The position numbers and the translations under genes are program-made. From Syntrophales bacterium (GTDB taxonomy: Bacteria > Desulfobacterota > Syntrophia > Syntrophales > PHBD01), in the NCBI GenBank assembly GCA_963668175.1, contig OY764159.1, forward strand, positions 3,776,001 to 3,840,000: DNA of 64,000 nucleotides. Reading direction: 5' to 3'. Each line of letters starts with the position of its first letter. Position 1 is the first letter of the stretch. The notes under the pieces are model-generated. The model was given only the letters and a program-made list of their open reading frames with translations, was not told the origin of the DNA and did no database searches. Below are positions 28,664 to 38,745 of this stretch, in pieces.

Positions 28664-29197
28664 GTCCGAATGCTGGCGGTGCTTCTGCCAGTTATCGAGA
28701 TACTTCGCGGCCAGATCCCGGTTCTTAATGATCAGGAGATTTTCCGCGTTGTTTTCCTCGGCTGCGCGGGAGAAATTGAAGCTTCCCGTGATGACCGTCT
28801 CCTGATCGATGATCATGATCTTGTTGTGGGCGATGTTGTGCCTGTCGTCGATATAAGTGGGAATCCCCTTATGGGCCGTAAAATCCGCAGCGCTGTACCG
28901 GTCGGAACGGTTCGATTTGTCAAGAATGATCTCTACCTTCACATTGCGGCCTGCTGCCTCCGCAACGGCCTGGGCGATGGGTTTGGACGTAAAGGAATAA
29001 GCCTGTATCTTGATCTCCGATTTGGCTTTGCCGATTTCGGCTACGATCGCTTCGGTACAGCCCCCATGAGGACTGAAATAGACCCTGACCTGGGAAGTAT
29101 CAATCTTCTGCTCCTTTTCCTGGGCACAGGAAAAGAGGCCCCCGATCAGTATTAATACGGCTATAAGAACAGCGGCTTTATTCGTGCCATGATGCAT
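28634..29197 (-). CDS. phospholipase D-family (Nuc-like) nuclease, lipoprotein
   Basis: Lipobox LFSC; AYSFT, single HxKxxxxD (HNKIMIID), TGSFN, N.EN; start behind AAGGAG. Confidence 0.88.
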   Translation of the reverse strand: MHHGTNKAAVLIAVLILIGGLFSCAQEKEQKIDTSQVRVYFSPHGGCTEAIVAEIGKAKSEIKIQAYSFTSKPIAQAVAEAAGRNVKVEIILDKSNRSDRYSAADFTAHKGIPTYIDDRHNIAHNKIMIIDQETVITGSFNFSRAAEENNAENLLIIKNRDLAAKYLDNWQKHRQHSDLYQVGQGRG

Positions 29198-29354
29198 ACG
29201 ATATATCTCCTTCTTTCGATTGTCGGCCATGTCTATAAGATACGGGCCGTTTTCGTCAAGTGTCGACTTTGCGTGTCGTCGCCGGCCCTTCGCGACAACC
29301 GTTGCATAGATACGTATGAGGTGGTATAGAGTTTTTTTTACCAAGGGGAGCGAT

Positions 29355-30248
29355 ATGTTCAAATCCGGTTTCATCGGTATCATTGGCAGGCCTAATGTAG
29401 GAAAGTCGACCCTGCTCAACGCCGTTGTCGGCGAGAAGATCGCCATCGCCACCCACAAGCCGCAAACGACCCGCAACCGCATCACGGGCATCCTGAACAC
29501 CGAACAGGGGCAGTTGGTCTTCGTGGACACGCCGGGCATACACAGGCCCGAAACCATGCTTAACAGGCAGATGGTCGCGTCGGCCAACGAAACCTTCAAG
29601 AATACCGATATTCTTTGCCTTCTCGTGGATGCCGTTGCCGGATTTCACCGGGACGACCGCCCGGTCATCGATTCCGCAGGCCTTGCGGGCCTGCCCCTCG
29701 TTCTCGTCATCAACAAGACGGACCTCATCGTGAAGACGAAGCTCCTGCCGCTCATGGATGAGATACGGCGATATCGCGATTTCGAGGCGATCATACCCGT
29801 TTCGGCCTTGACCGGCGAAGGCATCGCAGACCTTATCGGCGTGCTCTGGAAGATGCTTCCGGAAGGCCCTCCCTACTTTCCCGAAGAGATGATGACCGAC
29901 CGGTCGGAACGTTTCATTGCCGCGGAGATGATCCGGAAACAGATTATCGTCCTGACCCACCAGGAGGTTCCCTACGCCACGGCCGTTATGGTGGACGCCT
30001 TCAAAGAAATCGAATCGAAGAATCTGATCCGCATCCAGGCGACCATTCATGTGGAGAAGGAATCCCAGAAAGGCATCCTGATAGGACGGAAAGGGGCGAT
30101 GCTGAAAAAAATCGGCACCCGGGCCAGGGAAGAGATGGAATCCTTCTTCGGGGCGAAGGTCTTTCTGGAGCTGTTCGTGCGGGTCCAGAAGGATTGGACC
30201 GAGGACGAGCGCATGCTTCGCGAATTCGGCTATTCGGGAAAGACGTGA
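29355..30248 (+). CDS. era: GTPase Era
   Basis: GRPNVGKST, QTTR, DTPG, NKTD, KH domain SQKGILIG. Confidence 0.97.
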   Translation: MFKSGFIGIIGRPNVGKSTLLNAVVGEKIAIATHKPQTTRNRITGILNTEQGQLVFVDTPGIHRPETMLNRQMVASANETFKNTDILCLLVDAVAGFHRDDRPVIDSAGLAGLPLVLVINKTDLIVKTKLLPLMDEIRRYRDFEAIIPVSALTGEGIADLIGVLWKMLPEGPPYFPEEMMTDRSERFIAAEMIRKQIIVLTHQEVPYATAVMVDAFKEIESKNLIRIQATIHVEKESQKGILIGRKGAMLKKIGTRAREEMESFFGAKVFLELFVRVQKDWTEDERMLREFGYSGKT

Positions 30249-30299
30249 TCCCCATCGACTCGCTCTCCCCAACCGTATAAGCCAGGCCGATTGCCCCAT

Positions 30300-30532
30300 T
30301 AACAGCTTGTTGAAAACCTCGATATTGATCGGGCCGCGCCCCCTGCATAGGGGGTGTTCAAAAATGTCCAGATGTAAGGCGCGCAAAAGCCGAGGAATAA
30401 GGCATACATAGAAGTATGACGATTGACGAGGCTTACCCCCTCAGAGGGGGCGCGGCAGCGCAACGTCACCTGAAGGTGATAAACCCCCTGAAGGGGACAA
30501 GCAACAGATGGGCGTTTTTCAACAGCCTGTCA
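30300..30532. mobile_element. MITE/REP-like non-autonomous element with imperfect terminal inverted repeats
   Basis: Left TAACAGCTTGTTGAAAAC vs reverse complement of right end TGACAGGCTGTTGAAAAA; internal CCCC-N-GGGG hairpins; no coding capacity. Confidence 0.55.
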
Positions 30533-32068
30533 AACGGGCAGGTGCTGGGGACGAAGGAGATCGTTAACCGTCTTCACGGGATTGAACGTTTCGATGGGGA
30601 CTTCGATAAAGACCGTATTCCACAGGGACATGGAGCCGTTCCACAACCCAGGAAGTTCGAGGGCTTTCAATTTCCGGCCCTTTTCCGTCTTTTCGGAAAT
30701 AGAGACCGCTTTTTCGTCGACATACCGGCCCAGATCGAACTTCTCCCCTTTATAATCCTTGACCCCGCAAACGATATCCACGGGATTGAAATGTGTCGCC
30801 GACTGCCAGGCCGCCCGCTGCTCTTCCGACGTTTGATCGACCTGGAAGGATTCGACGATCTGGAGAGTCTGGCCGCCGTCATTCTCGTCCACCCAGAAGG
30901 GACCGCCGCCCGGTTCCCCTTCGTTCCTGACCATCCCGCAAACCCTGACAGGACGGTTCAGCTGTCTCCACAAGACATCTTTCCTTTCGCTCGCGGAGAG
31001 GTTGTCGAAGTGGGGGGGCAGGGCCGCCGGAAGCCGCCTCTTGCAGAAGGCCGCCACATCCCGCAGGACGGACGCGCTCGCTTTCGCATTGTCCAATCGC
31101 CGCAGGTTATGAAAAATCTCGTCCTGGAGGCGCACCAGGTATCCGCCCAGGACTTTCTTGTAGAGGACCGTCGCGCCTTTGATCCGGTCGGGAACGATAT
31201 TGTCGATATTCTTGATAATGACGATATCGGCGTCGATACGGCCCAGGTTTTCAAGAAGCGCTCCGTGACCGCCCGGCCTGAATACCAGGTTCCCTTCCTC
31301 ATCCCGGAAGGGCCTGTTTTCGAGATCGACGGCGATGGTGTTCGTCGATGATTGCTGCGTGGAGATGCCGACGTCGAAACTCACGCCGTAACGGTGGCCG
31401 TAGCCGTCGAGTATCCGGGAGAGGCAATCCCTCACCAGGGTTTCATGCTCCTCGGAAACGGTGAAGTGGATGCGGCAGACCTGGCTGGCGTCGCGGGCAT
31501 AGAGGGCCGCTTCCGTAAGGTGCTCCTCCAGGGCCGTCCTGCTTCCGTCGGCATAGTCGTGGAATTTCAACAGGGCCTTGGGCAGCATCCCGTAGTCGAG
31601 CCCCCTGGAGGTCAGGACATACGAGAGGACATCGCCATATCTCCCGGCCTTCATCAACTCGGCAAGGTCATCACCGGCCTTGGATGCAGCGGCCTCCAAA
31701 TCCCTATAGAAGGCGTAACGGCCGAGGGCCGCGGCAAACTCGCCTTCAGCTTCTGGCGTTGGGAAAGACCCCTGCTCCATAACCTGAAACCAGCTCTGAA
31801 ACATGCGGCTGGCCGCACCGGAGGCCGGCACAAACTTGACGACGCGGCCTTTTTTTACCTCGTCATCGTATGCCCGGACCAGTCTGGCCTCTTCCTTTGC
31901 CGGGATAACGATAAGACCGTCAGCGATCCGGCAGGGCCGGTTCAGCCTTATAGGAACAGCTCCGCGGCTCAGGCAGTTTACCTGCGCTTCAAGCTTCTCA
32001 AGGGTTAGCCCCTCCTCCTCGATCCGGCGAAGGTCTTTTGTCGAGTAGGACAGGGCCGGTTTAATCAT
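30530..32068 (-). CDS. DUF4301 family protein
   Basis: KFVPASGAASRMF, PKALL.FH, EEHL.E, FRPGGHGALL, KNIDN, GEPGGGPF, THFNPVD, LWNG, TFNPVKTV.DLL. Confidence 0.9.
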   Translation of the reverse strand: MIKPALSYSTKDLRRIEEEGLTLEKLEAQVNCLSRGAVPIRLNRPCRIADGLIVIPAKEEARLVRAYDDEVKKGRVVKFVPASGAASRMFQSWFQVMEQGSFPTPEAEGEFAAALGRYAFYRDLEAAASKAGDDLAELMKAGRYGDVLSYVLTSRGLDYGMLPKALLKFHDYADGSRTALEEHLTEAALYARDASQVCRIHFTVSEEHETLVRDCLSRILDGYGHRYGVSFDVGISTQQSSTNTIAVDLENRPFRDEEGNLVFRPGGHGALLENLGRIDADIVIIKNIDNIVPDRIKGATVLYKKVLGGYLVRLQDEIFHNLRRLDNAKASASVLRDVAAFCKRRLPAALPPHFDNLSASERKDVLWRQLNRPVRVCGMVRNEGEPGGGPFWVDENDGGQTLQIVESFQVDQTSEEQRAAWQSATHFNPVDIVCGVKDYKGEKFDLGRYVDEKAVSISEKTEKGRKLKALELPGLWNGSMSLWNTVFIEVPIETFNPVKTVNDLLRPQHLPV

Positions 32069-32479
32069 TGGTTTTCTTCTTGAAGGTTTTCACTTTGTCG
32101 TATCGCTCCGGCTTGACCTTTTTTTTCTCCCGCAACAGCCGGGAAACGTCCTTCTGCCTTCTGGTAATGCGTTCCTTTGACATAATTTCGCCCCTGATAT
32201 ATCTCTTTCAACGATATGGGGTTGCTTGCGTGCTTAACGGCCGGGGTCACGGCCTTGATATGAAATGTTAACATACCCGTTTCAAATAATGAACAGCCGC
32301 TCTAACTCTTACAAAGGATCTTTTTTGTCAAGCGGAAAAGGATGATAATATCTTCAAGGCATAAAAAAGCGGCGAATCAAACCTGCGGGACACCATGAAT
32401 AAGGATTGATATTTCCCGGATAACAGGCTATGGTGTCGCCCCGGTTGACACGCAAGTTTTCGATAATTAAAGGTTTTAT

Positions 32480-33823
32480 ATGATGTCCGAGATGAATGAA
32501 CGCCCCTTCAAACCCCTGGTAGCCATTGTAGGGAGGCCGAATGTCGGAAAGTCTACCCTCTTTAACCGTCTTTCCGACCGGAAAAAAGCCATCGTCATTG
32601 ACGAACCGGGAGCAACGAGAGACCGGAATTATACCGATGCGTCCTGGGGCGGCAAGGGATTCATGCTTGTCGATACGGGTGGCTTCGAACCGGCCAGCAA
32701 CGAAAAGATCCTCGTTCAGATGCGCGAGCAGACAAATCTGGCCATCGAAGAGGCGGACATCATCATTTTTCTTCTGGACGGCAAGGAAGGGTTGACCCCT
32801 TCGGATCTCGAAATCGCCCGCATGCTGCGCCAGATCAATAAGCCCGTATTTTACACCGTTAACAAGATCGACGGGCCGAAGCACGAGGCCCTGGCCCTGG
32901 AGTTCTACCGTTTAGGCATCGAAACGTACTATCCCATCTCCGCCCAGCACGGCGGTGGCGTGGCGGAACTTCTGGACGACGTCGTGGCCTATGTCGAAAC
33001 AACCGAGGGAATGGAAGAAGATGAAGAAGACGAGACCGTCCGGATCGCCGTCATCGGCAAGCCGAACGTCGGCAAATCGTCTCTCGTGAATAAAATTCTG
33101 GGCTTCGAGAGGACGATTGTCAACCCCCTCCCCGGAACCACGCGCGACGCCATCGACACGCCCTTCACCGTCAACGGCCGCAAGTATCTCCTGATAGACA
33201 CGGCGGGCATCCGCAAAAAGAGCAAAGTGAGCCTCGCTCTGGAGAAATACAGCATCATTCAGGCCCTTAAAACCCTGAACCGCTGCGAAATCGCCTTGCT
33301 TATGATCGATGCCGGGGAAGGCATCACCGAGCAGGATGCGAAGATCGCGGGGCTGGCTTTCGAAAGGGGCGTCGCCTGCATCGTCGTCATCAACAAGTGG
33401 GACCTCGTGGAAAAGGACAACAGCACGGTCGGTATTTATGTAGAGGAGATCAAGGATCGCCTGAAATTTCTCGATTATGCCCCGATCATTTTCGTTTCCG
33501 CCCTTTCAGGGCAGCGGGTCATGAAGATATTCGACCTGGTGGACGCAGTCCACGGCCAGTATATCAAAAGGATAGGTACCGGCGAATTGAACCGCGCCGC
33601 CAGGGAATACATCGACCGGAACCCCCCGCCCCGCCTGCAGAACAGGCCGAATACCTTCGGCTATATCACCCAGGTATCGGTCAAACCGCCCACTTTTGTC
33701 CTCTTTGTACGAGACCCCCGGGCGATCCATTTCTCCTACGAACGATACCTTACCAATCGCCTGCGGGAGCATTTCGGCTTCGATCACTGCCCCATTCGCC
33801 TTTTCTTCAAGAAGAACAAGTAA
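32480..33823 (+). CDS. der: ribosome biogenesis GTPase Der (EngA)
   Basis: Two G-domains (GRPNVGKST, GKPNVGKSS; DTGG, DTAG; NKID, NKWD). Confidence 0.97.
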   Translation: MMSEMNERPFKPLVAIVGRPNVGKSTLFNRLSDRKKAIVIDEPGATRDRNYTDASWGGKGFMLVDTGGFEPASNEKILVQMREQTNLAIEEADIIIFLLDGKEGLTPSDLEIARMLRQINKPVFYTVNKIDGPKHEALALEFYRLGIETYYPISAQHGGGVAELLDDVVAYVETTEGMEEDEEDETVRIAVIGKPNVGKSSLVNKILGFERTIVNPLPGTTRDAIDTPFTVNGRKYLLIDTAGIRKKSKVSLALEKYSIIQALKTLNRCEIALLMIDAGEGITEQDAKIAGLAFERGVACIVVINKWDLVEKDNSTVGIYVEEIKDRLKFLDYAPIIFVSALSGQRVMKIFDLVDAVHGQYIKRIGTGELNRAAREYIDRNPPPRLQNRPNTFGYITQVSVKPPTFVLFVRDPRAIHFSYERYLTNRLREHFGFDHCPIRLFFKKNK

Positions 33824-33922
33824 TTTTTCACCTTGACCCACCGACCCTTTTGCAGTAGTTATGCGCTGACTTTGACCGGATATTTTCCGATCCGCATCAT
33901 TATTTAGCAAGGAGGACAAAAT

Positions 33923-35041
33923 ATGCGACGTGGATTTTTCTCTTTCCTGGCTACGGTGGTGTTTTTCATGTTCGCGGCGAACATGTCTCTGGCCGCCGAT
34001 ACGATCAAGATCGGGGTTGCAGGCGCCCACAGCGGTGATCTGGCTTCCTACGGCCTGCCGACCGTGAAGGCGGCGGAACTCGTTGTCAAGGACGTCAACG
34101 CCAAAGGAGGCATCCTGGGCAAAAAAGTCGAACTTCTCATCGAGGACGACGTCTGCAAGCCCGAAGTGGCGACCAATACGGCCACCAAACTCATATCGCG
34201 GGGCGCCCATGTCATCCTGGGCCATATTTGCAGCGGCGCCACCAAAACGGCGCTGGGCATTTACAAGGATTCCAAGATTATCGTCCTGTCACCCTCCGCA
34301 ACCAGCCCCGAACTGACCCAAAGTGGCAAATACCCGACTTTCTTCCGCACGATCGCCCCGGACGACTCCCAGGCCAAACTGGAAGTCGACTTCGCTCTCA
34401 ATACCCTCAAATTAAAGAATATCGCCGTCCTCCACGACAAAGGGGATTACGGCAAGGGGCTCGCCGAATACGCCAAAAAGTTCCTGGAGGATTCCAAAAA
34501 AGCCAAGGTTGTTCTCTTTGAAGGCGTCACCCCCGGTGCCGTGGACTATTCCGCAGTTGTCCAGAAGATCAGGCAGTCCAAAGCGGACGGCGTCATTTAC
34601 GGCGGGTACCACCCGGAGGCAGCCTCGATTGTCGGCCAGATGAGAAAAAAGAATATTAATATCCCATTCATCTCCGACGACGGCGTTAAGGACGACACCT
34701 TCATTAAAGTGGCGGGCAAGTATGCCGAGGGGGTTTACGCCTCCGGCCCGAAGGACACAACCAAGAATCCCCTGGCCGTTGCAGCCGTCGCCGCCCATAA
34801 GAAGACCTACGGTTCCGACCCCGGCGCCTTTTTCCTGAACGGCTACGCCGGCACCCTGGCCCTGATCAACGCCATCGAAAAGGCCAAATCGACCGAATCC
34901 AGCGCCGTCGCCAAGGCTTTGAGGACCTACGATGTGAATACGCCTCTGGGTAAGATCAAGTTCGACAGAAGAGGCGACGCCATCGGCGTCGGTTTTTCCA
35001 TGTACCAGGTGAGGAACGGCACTTACGTCGAAGTGAAATAG
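33923..35041 (+). CDS. livK: branched-chain amino acid ABC transporter substrate-binding protein
   Basis: Signal peptide; DD.C.P, GH.CSG, SPSAT, FFRT..PD, YGKGLA, YGGYHPEA. Confidence 0.9.
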   Translation: MRRGFFSFLATVVFFMFAANMSLAADTIKIGVAGAHSGDLASYGLPTVKAAELVVKDVNAKGGILGKKVELLIEDDVCKPEVATNTATKLISRGAHVILGHICSGATKTALGIYKDSKIIVLSPSATSPELTQSGKYPTFFRTIAPDDSQAKLEVDFALNTLKLKNIAVLHDKGDYGKGLAEYAKKFLEDSKKAKVVLFEGVTPGAVDYSAVVQKIRQSKADGVIYGGYHPEAASIVGQMRKKNINIPFISDDGVKDDTFIKVAGKYAEGVYASGPKDTTKNPLAVAAVAAHKKTYGSDPGAFFLNGYAGTLALINAIEKAKSTESSAVAKALRTYDVNTPLGKIKFDRRGDAIGVGFSMYQVRNGTYVEVK

Positions 35042-35054
35042 ATTTTCCGACAGG

Positions 35055-35083
35055 AAAAGGGCATGCTCGCCATGCCCTTTTTT
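35055..35083 (+). terminator. intercistronic hairpin/terminator after the binding-protein gene
   Basis: AAAAGGGCATG-CTCGC-CATGCCCTTTTTT. Confidence 0.75.
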
Positions 35084-35098
35084 ATGTAACAGACATCC

Positions 35099-36001
35099 AT
35101 GGATTATTTCTTTGAACTATTTTTCGGCGGCCTCACGCGGGGAAGCATCTATGCCCTGATCGCCCTCGGTTACACGATGGTGTACGGCATCATCGAGTTG
35201 ATCAACTTCGCGCACGGCGAAATCTACATGATCGGTGCGTTCACTGCCCTCATCGTCGCGTCGGTCTTGACGATGTCGGGCTGGACGGGACTCCCCGTTC
35301 TCATTCTGGCAGCCGTCGTCGCCGTTTTCTATTCCGCCGCTTACGGATTCACCGTGGAGAAGATCGCCTATAAACCGATCCGGCGGGCACCCCGCCTTTC
35401 TCCGCTCATCAGCGCGATCGGGATGTCCATTTTCCTCCAGAATTACGTCATGCTGGCGCAGACGTCCGATTTTCTCCCCTTCCCCAATCTTCTTCCCGAA
35501 CTGCCTTTCATGCAGCCCTACGCCCATATTGTCGGCTCGACGGAGGTTATCATCTACGCCACGACCACGGTGATCATGATTCTCCTCACGCTGCTCATCA
35601 AATTCACCCGCATGGGCCGGGCCATGAGGGCCACGGCCCAGGACAGGGACATGGCCATGCTGGTCGGCGTGAACGTCAACCGGGTCATATCGAACACGTT
35701 TATCATCGGCTCGGCGCTGGCGGCCGTCGGCGGCGTCCTCATCGCTTCCCATGTCGGCAGGATCAACTTCTTCATCGGCTTCATCGCGGGCATCAAGGCC
35801 TTCACCGCCGCCGTCCTGGGCGGTATCGGCAGCATCCCGGGAGCCGTTCTGGGGGCATTGATCCTGGGATGGACGGAGAGTTTCGCCACGGGCTATATCG
35901 CGAGCGACTATGAAGACGTCTTTGCCTTCGCCCTCTTGGTGTTGATCCTTATTTTCCGGCCCTCGGGAATCCTGGGCAAGGGAACGACGCAGAAGGTGTG
36001 A
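35099..36001 (+). CDS. livH: branched-chain amino acid ABC permease
   Basis: GSIYALIALGYTMVYG..LINFAHGE, KAFTAAVLGGIG. Confidence 0.94.
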   Translation: MDYFFELFFGGLTRGSIYALIALGYTMVYGIIELINFAHGEIYMIGAFTALIVASVLTMSGWTGLPVLILAAVVAVFYSAAYGFTVEKIAYKPIRRAPRLSPLISAIGMSIFLQNYVMLAQTSDFLPFPNLLPELPFMQPYAHIVGSTEVIIYATTTVIMILLTLLIKFTRMGRAMRATAQDRDMAMLVGVNVNRVISNTFIIGSALAAVGGVLIASHVGRINFFIGFIAGIKAFTAAVLGGIGSIPGAVLGALILGWTESFATGYIASDYEDVFAFALLVLILIFRPSGILGKGTTQKV

Positions 36002-37227
36002 CGGTGACTCCCATGAAGATACTGGATGAATTGAAACAATCGCTTGTCATATCGGTCTGGTTCATGTTTCTTACCATGCCCATCATGGTCGTCCGGGTGA
36101 ACACGATTGAAAAGATCGTCGAATGGCGCTGGCAAAACATGATATACATCGGCATCGGCAGCTTTTTGCTATCCTTTGTCTGGCGGTATATGCTCGCAAG
36201 GAAGGAACACACCCGGAAGCGGAAAGAAGTCGATGATGCGCCCGAACAACCCTTACTTCAGAAAATCACCGACAACAGGAGGATACGGCTTCCGGCCCTA
36301 GTCGTTGTCGCCGTCTTCTGCCTTCTCTTTCCCTTCTTTTTCTCGACGTATCAGACCGGTATTATGACCACGGCGCTCATGTATGTCATGCTCGGTCTCG
36401 GCCTCAATATCGTGGTCGGTCAGGCAGGCTTGCTTCACCTGGGTTACGTCGCCTTTTACGCCGTTGGGGCCTATACGTATGCCCTTTTGAACTACCATTT
36501 CGGCATCGGTTTCTGGACGGCGCTCCCCCTGGGAGCCATTGCCGCGATGATCTTCGGCTTCCTGCTCGGATTTCCTGTCCTGCGGCTCCGGGGGGACTAT
36601 CTCGCCATCGTGACCCTGGGATTCGGGGAAATCACCCGGCTCGTCCTGGAGAACTGGAACGACTTTTCCTTCGGCCCGAGCGGGATTGCAGGTATCCCCC
36701 GGCCGGGATTTTTCGGACAGGAACTAAGCCTGAACGAGGCAACCGTTTATCTCTATTACCTCATGATCGTCCTTTGTCTCGTCACCATCTTTGTCGTCAA
36801 CCGCCTTCAGAATTCCCGTATCGGCAGGGCCTGGCTAGCGTTGCGGGAGGACGAAATCGCCTGCCAAGCGATGGGCGTCGATACGACCATGGCAAAACTG
36901 ACGGCCTTCGCCCTCGGGTCGACCTGGGCGGGACTTGCCGGCGTCATTTTTGCGGCCAAGACCACCTTCGTCAATCCCGCGAGTTTCACCTTTCTCGAAT
37001 CGGCGATGATCCTTTCCATCATCGTCCTCGGGGGCATGGGTTCCATCCTGGGGGTTGCGATCGGGGCCTTTATTCTTATCCTGGTTCCTGAGTACCTCCG
37101 GGCCTTCAGCGACTACCGAATGATCCTTTTCGGCATGATCATGGTCCTGATGATGGTCTTCCGGCCCCAGGGCATCGTGACGGGAGTGCGGCGGATATAC
37201 CAATTTACGGATCGGAAGAATGGCTGA
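35998..37227 (+). CDS. livM: branched-chain amino acid ABC permease
   Basis: GLNIVVG.AGLL.LG, LRLRGDYLAIVTLGFGEI, REDE; start may be 36013. Confidence 0.94.
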   Translation: MTVTPMKILDELKQSLVISVWFMFLTMPIMVVRVNTIEKIVEWRWQNMIYIGIGSFLLSFVWRYMLARKEHTRKRKEVDDAPEQPLLQKITDNRRIRLPALVVVAVFCLLFPFFFSTYQTGIMTTALMYVMLGLGLNIVVGQAGLLHLGYVAFYAVGAYTYALLNYHFGIGFWTALPLGAIAAMIFGFLLGFPVLRLRGDYLAIVTLGFGEITRLVLENWNDFSFGPSGIAGIPRPGFFGQELSLNEATVYLYYLMIVLCLVTIFVVNRLQNSRIGRAWLALREDEIACQAMGVDTTMAKLTAFALGSTWAGLAGVIFAAKTTFVNPASFTFLESAMILSIIVLGGMGSILGVAIGAFILILVPEYLRAFSDYRMILFGMIMVLMMVFRPQGIVTGVRRIYQFTDRKNG

Positions 37228-38035
37228 TACACGTGCAACATCCCCGGCGGATCCCGTTCTGGAAGTTCGTGGCCTGACCATGGACTTCGGGGGATTAAGA
37301 GCCCTGGATCAAATCGACATGCACGTCGGGCAGGGGGAGATCGTGGCCCTCATCGGACCGAACGGCGCCGGCAAGACGACTTTCTTCAACTGCATCACCG
37401 GAATCTACAGCCCGGCCCGCGGCGATATCTACATTGCCTCGCCTGGCAAAAAGAGTGAAAGGATCAACGGCCTCAAAGTCAACCGGGTCACGGCTCGGGG
37501 AATGGCCCGCACCTTCCAGAATATCCGTATTTTCCCCGACATGACCGTTCTCGAAAACGTGATGGTCGGGCGTCACTGCCGATCACATGCCGGCGTCGTC
37601 GGCGCTATCTTCCGGGACAAGTCGACCCGGAATGAGGAACAGTCCATCGTCGACGTAAGTTATGCCATCCTGGAAAAGATCGGCCTGGCCGGACAGGTGA
37701 ACCTTCTTGCCAAGAACCTCCCTTACGGCGACCAGAGGCGCCTGGAGATTGCCCGCGCCATGGCGACCGATCCCTTTCTCCTGCTTCTCGATGAACCGGC
37801 GGCGGGCATGAATCCCCAGGAGACCAAGGACCTGGACGAATTGATCGTCCGCATCCGCAGAGAGGAGAAGATATCCATCCTGCTCATCGAACACGACATG
37901 AAGCTCGTCATGAGCCTTTCGGACCGCATCGTCGTCCTCGATTACGGCAAGAAAATAGCCGAAGGGACCCCTGCCGAGATCCGGGAGAATCATACCGTCA
38001 TCAAAGCCTATCTGGGAGAGGATTCCGATGCTTGA
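37220..38035 (+). CDS. livG: branched-chain amino acid ABC ATPase
   Basis: GPNGAGKT, RTFQNIR, LPYG.QRRLEIAR, LDEPAAG, IEHDM. Confidence 0.95.
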   Translation: MADTRATSPADPVLEVRGLTMDFGGLRALDQIDMHVGQGEIVALIGPNGAGKTTFFNCITGIYSPARGDIYIASPGKKSERINGLKVNRVTARGMARTFQNIRIFPDMTVLENVMVGRHCRSHAGVVGAIFRDKSTRNEEQSIVDVSYAILEKIGLAGQVNLLAKNLPYGDQRRLEIARAMATDPFLLLLDEPAAGMNPQETKDLDELIVRIRREEKISILLIEHDMKLVMSLSDRIVVLDYGKKIAEGTPAEIRENHTVIKAYLGEDSDA

Positions 38036-38735
38036 GTTGAAGGACATCCAGACGGCATACGGCAATATCCGCGTCCTGAAGGACGTATGTCTCAAGCTTT
38101 CTGCCGGGGAGATTGTCACGCTCATCGGCGCCAACGGAGCAGGAAAAACAACTACCCTGATGTCGATATCGGGTATCGTGGCCCCCCGGTCGGGCGAGAT
38201 CCTTTTCATGGGCAGGCCGATTCAGCATCTGAGTCCCGACCGGATCGTCTCGCTGGGGATATCCCAGGTGCCCGAGGGCCGTCGCATCTTCCCGCGACTG
38301 ACCGTCAGGGAGAACCTGGAGATGGGGGCCTTTCTCAGGGAAGACAAGGCTGCCATCAAGGCCGACCTGGATCACGTCTTCGCTCTCTTCCCGCTCCTGG
38401 CGGAGAGGCGAAACCAGCAGGGCGGCACGTTGAGCGGCGGGGAGCAGCAGATGCTGGCCATATCGAGGGCATTGATGGCGAGACCGAAACTGCTGCTGCT
38501 GGACGAGCCTTCATTGGGGCTCGCCCCTCTCGTCGTCAAGCTCATTTTCGAGATCATCAGGAAGATCAACTCGGAGAGCGGAACCACCATCTTCCTTGTG
38601 GAACAGAACGCCAATATGGCCCTCAAGGTCGCCCATCGGGGTTACGTCATGGAAAACGGCCGCCTGACGATGGAAGGCACGGCATCCGAACTCCTGAACA
38701 ACGAGGATGTCCGCAAGGCCTACCTGGGAATGTAG
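38028..38735 (+). CDS. livF: branched-chain amino acid ABC ATPase
   Basis: GANGAGKT, PEGRRIF, LSGGEQQM, LDEPSLGLAP, VEQNA. Confidence 0.95.
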   Translation: MLELKDIQTAYGNIRVLKDVCLKLSAGEIVTLIGANGAGKTTTLMSISGIVAPRSGEILFMGRPIQHLSPDRIVSLGISQVPEGRRIFPRLTVRENLEMGAFLREDKAAIKADLDHVFALFPLLAERRNQQGGTLSGGEQQMLAISRALMARPKLLLLDEPSLGLAPLVVKLIFEIIRKINSESGTTIFLVEQNANMALKVAHRGYVMENGRLTMEGTASELLNNEDVRKAYLGM

Positions 38736-38745
38736 AACGACCCGT

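Noticed and set aside
29198..29599. N-terminal extension of the PLD ORF to 321 aa
   Set aside because: Overlaps era antisense; the real start at 29197 has an SD and a lipoprotein signal
32065..32274. Short ORFs between DUF4301 and der
   Set aside because: No SD or motifs; the region looks like a divergent promoter zone
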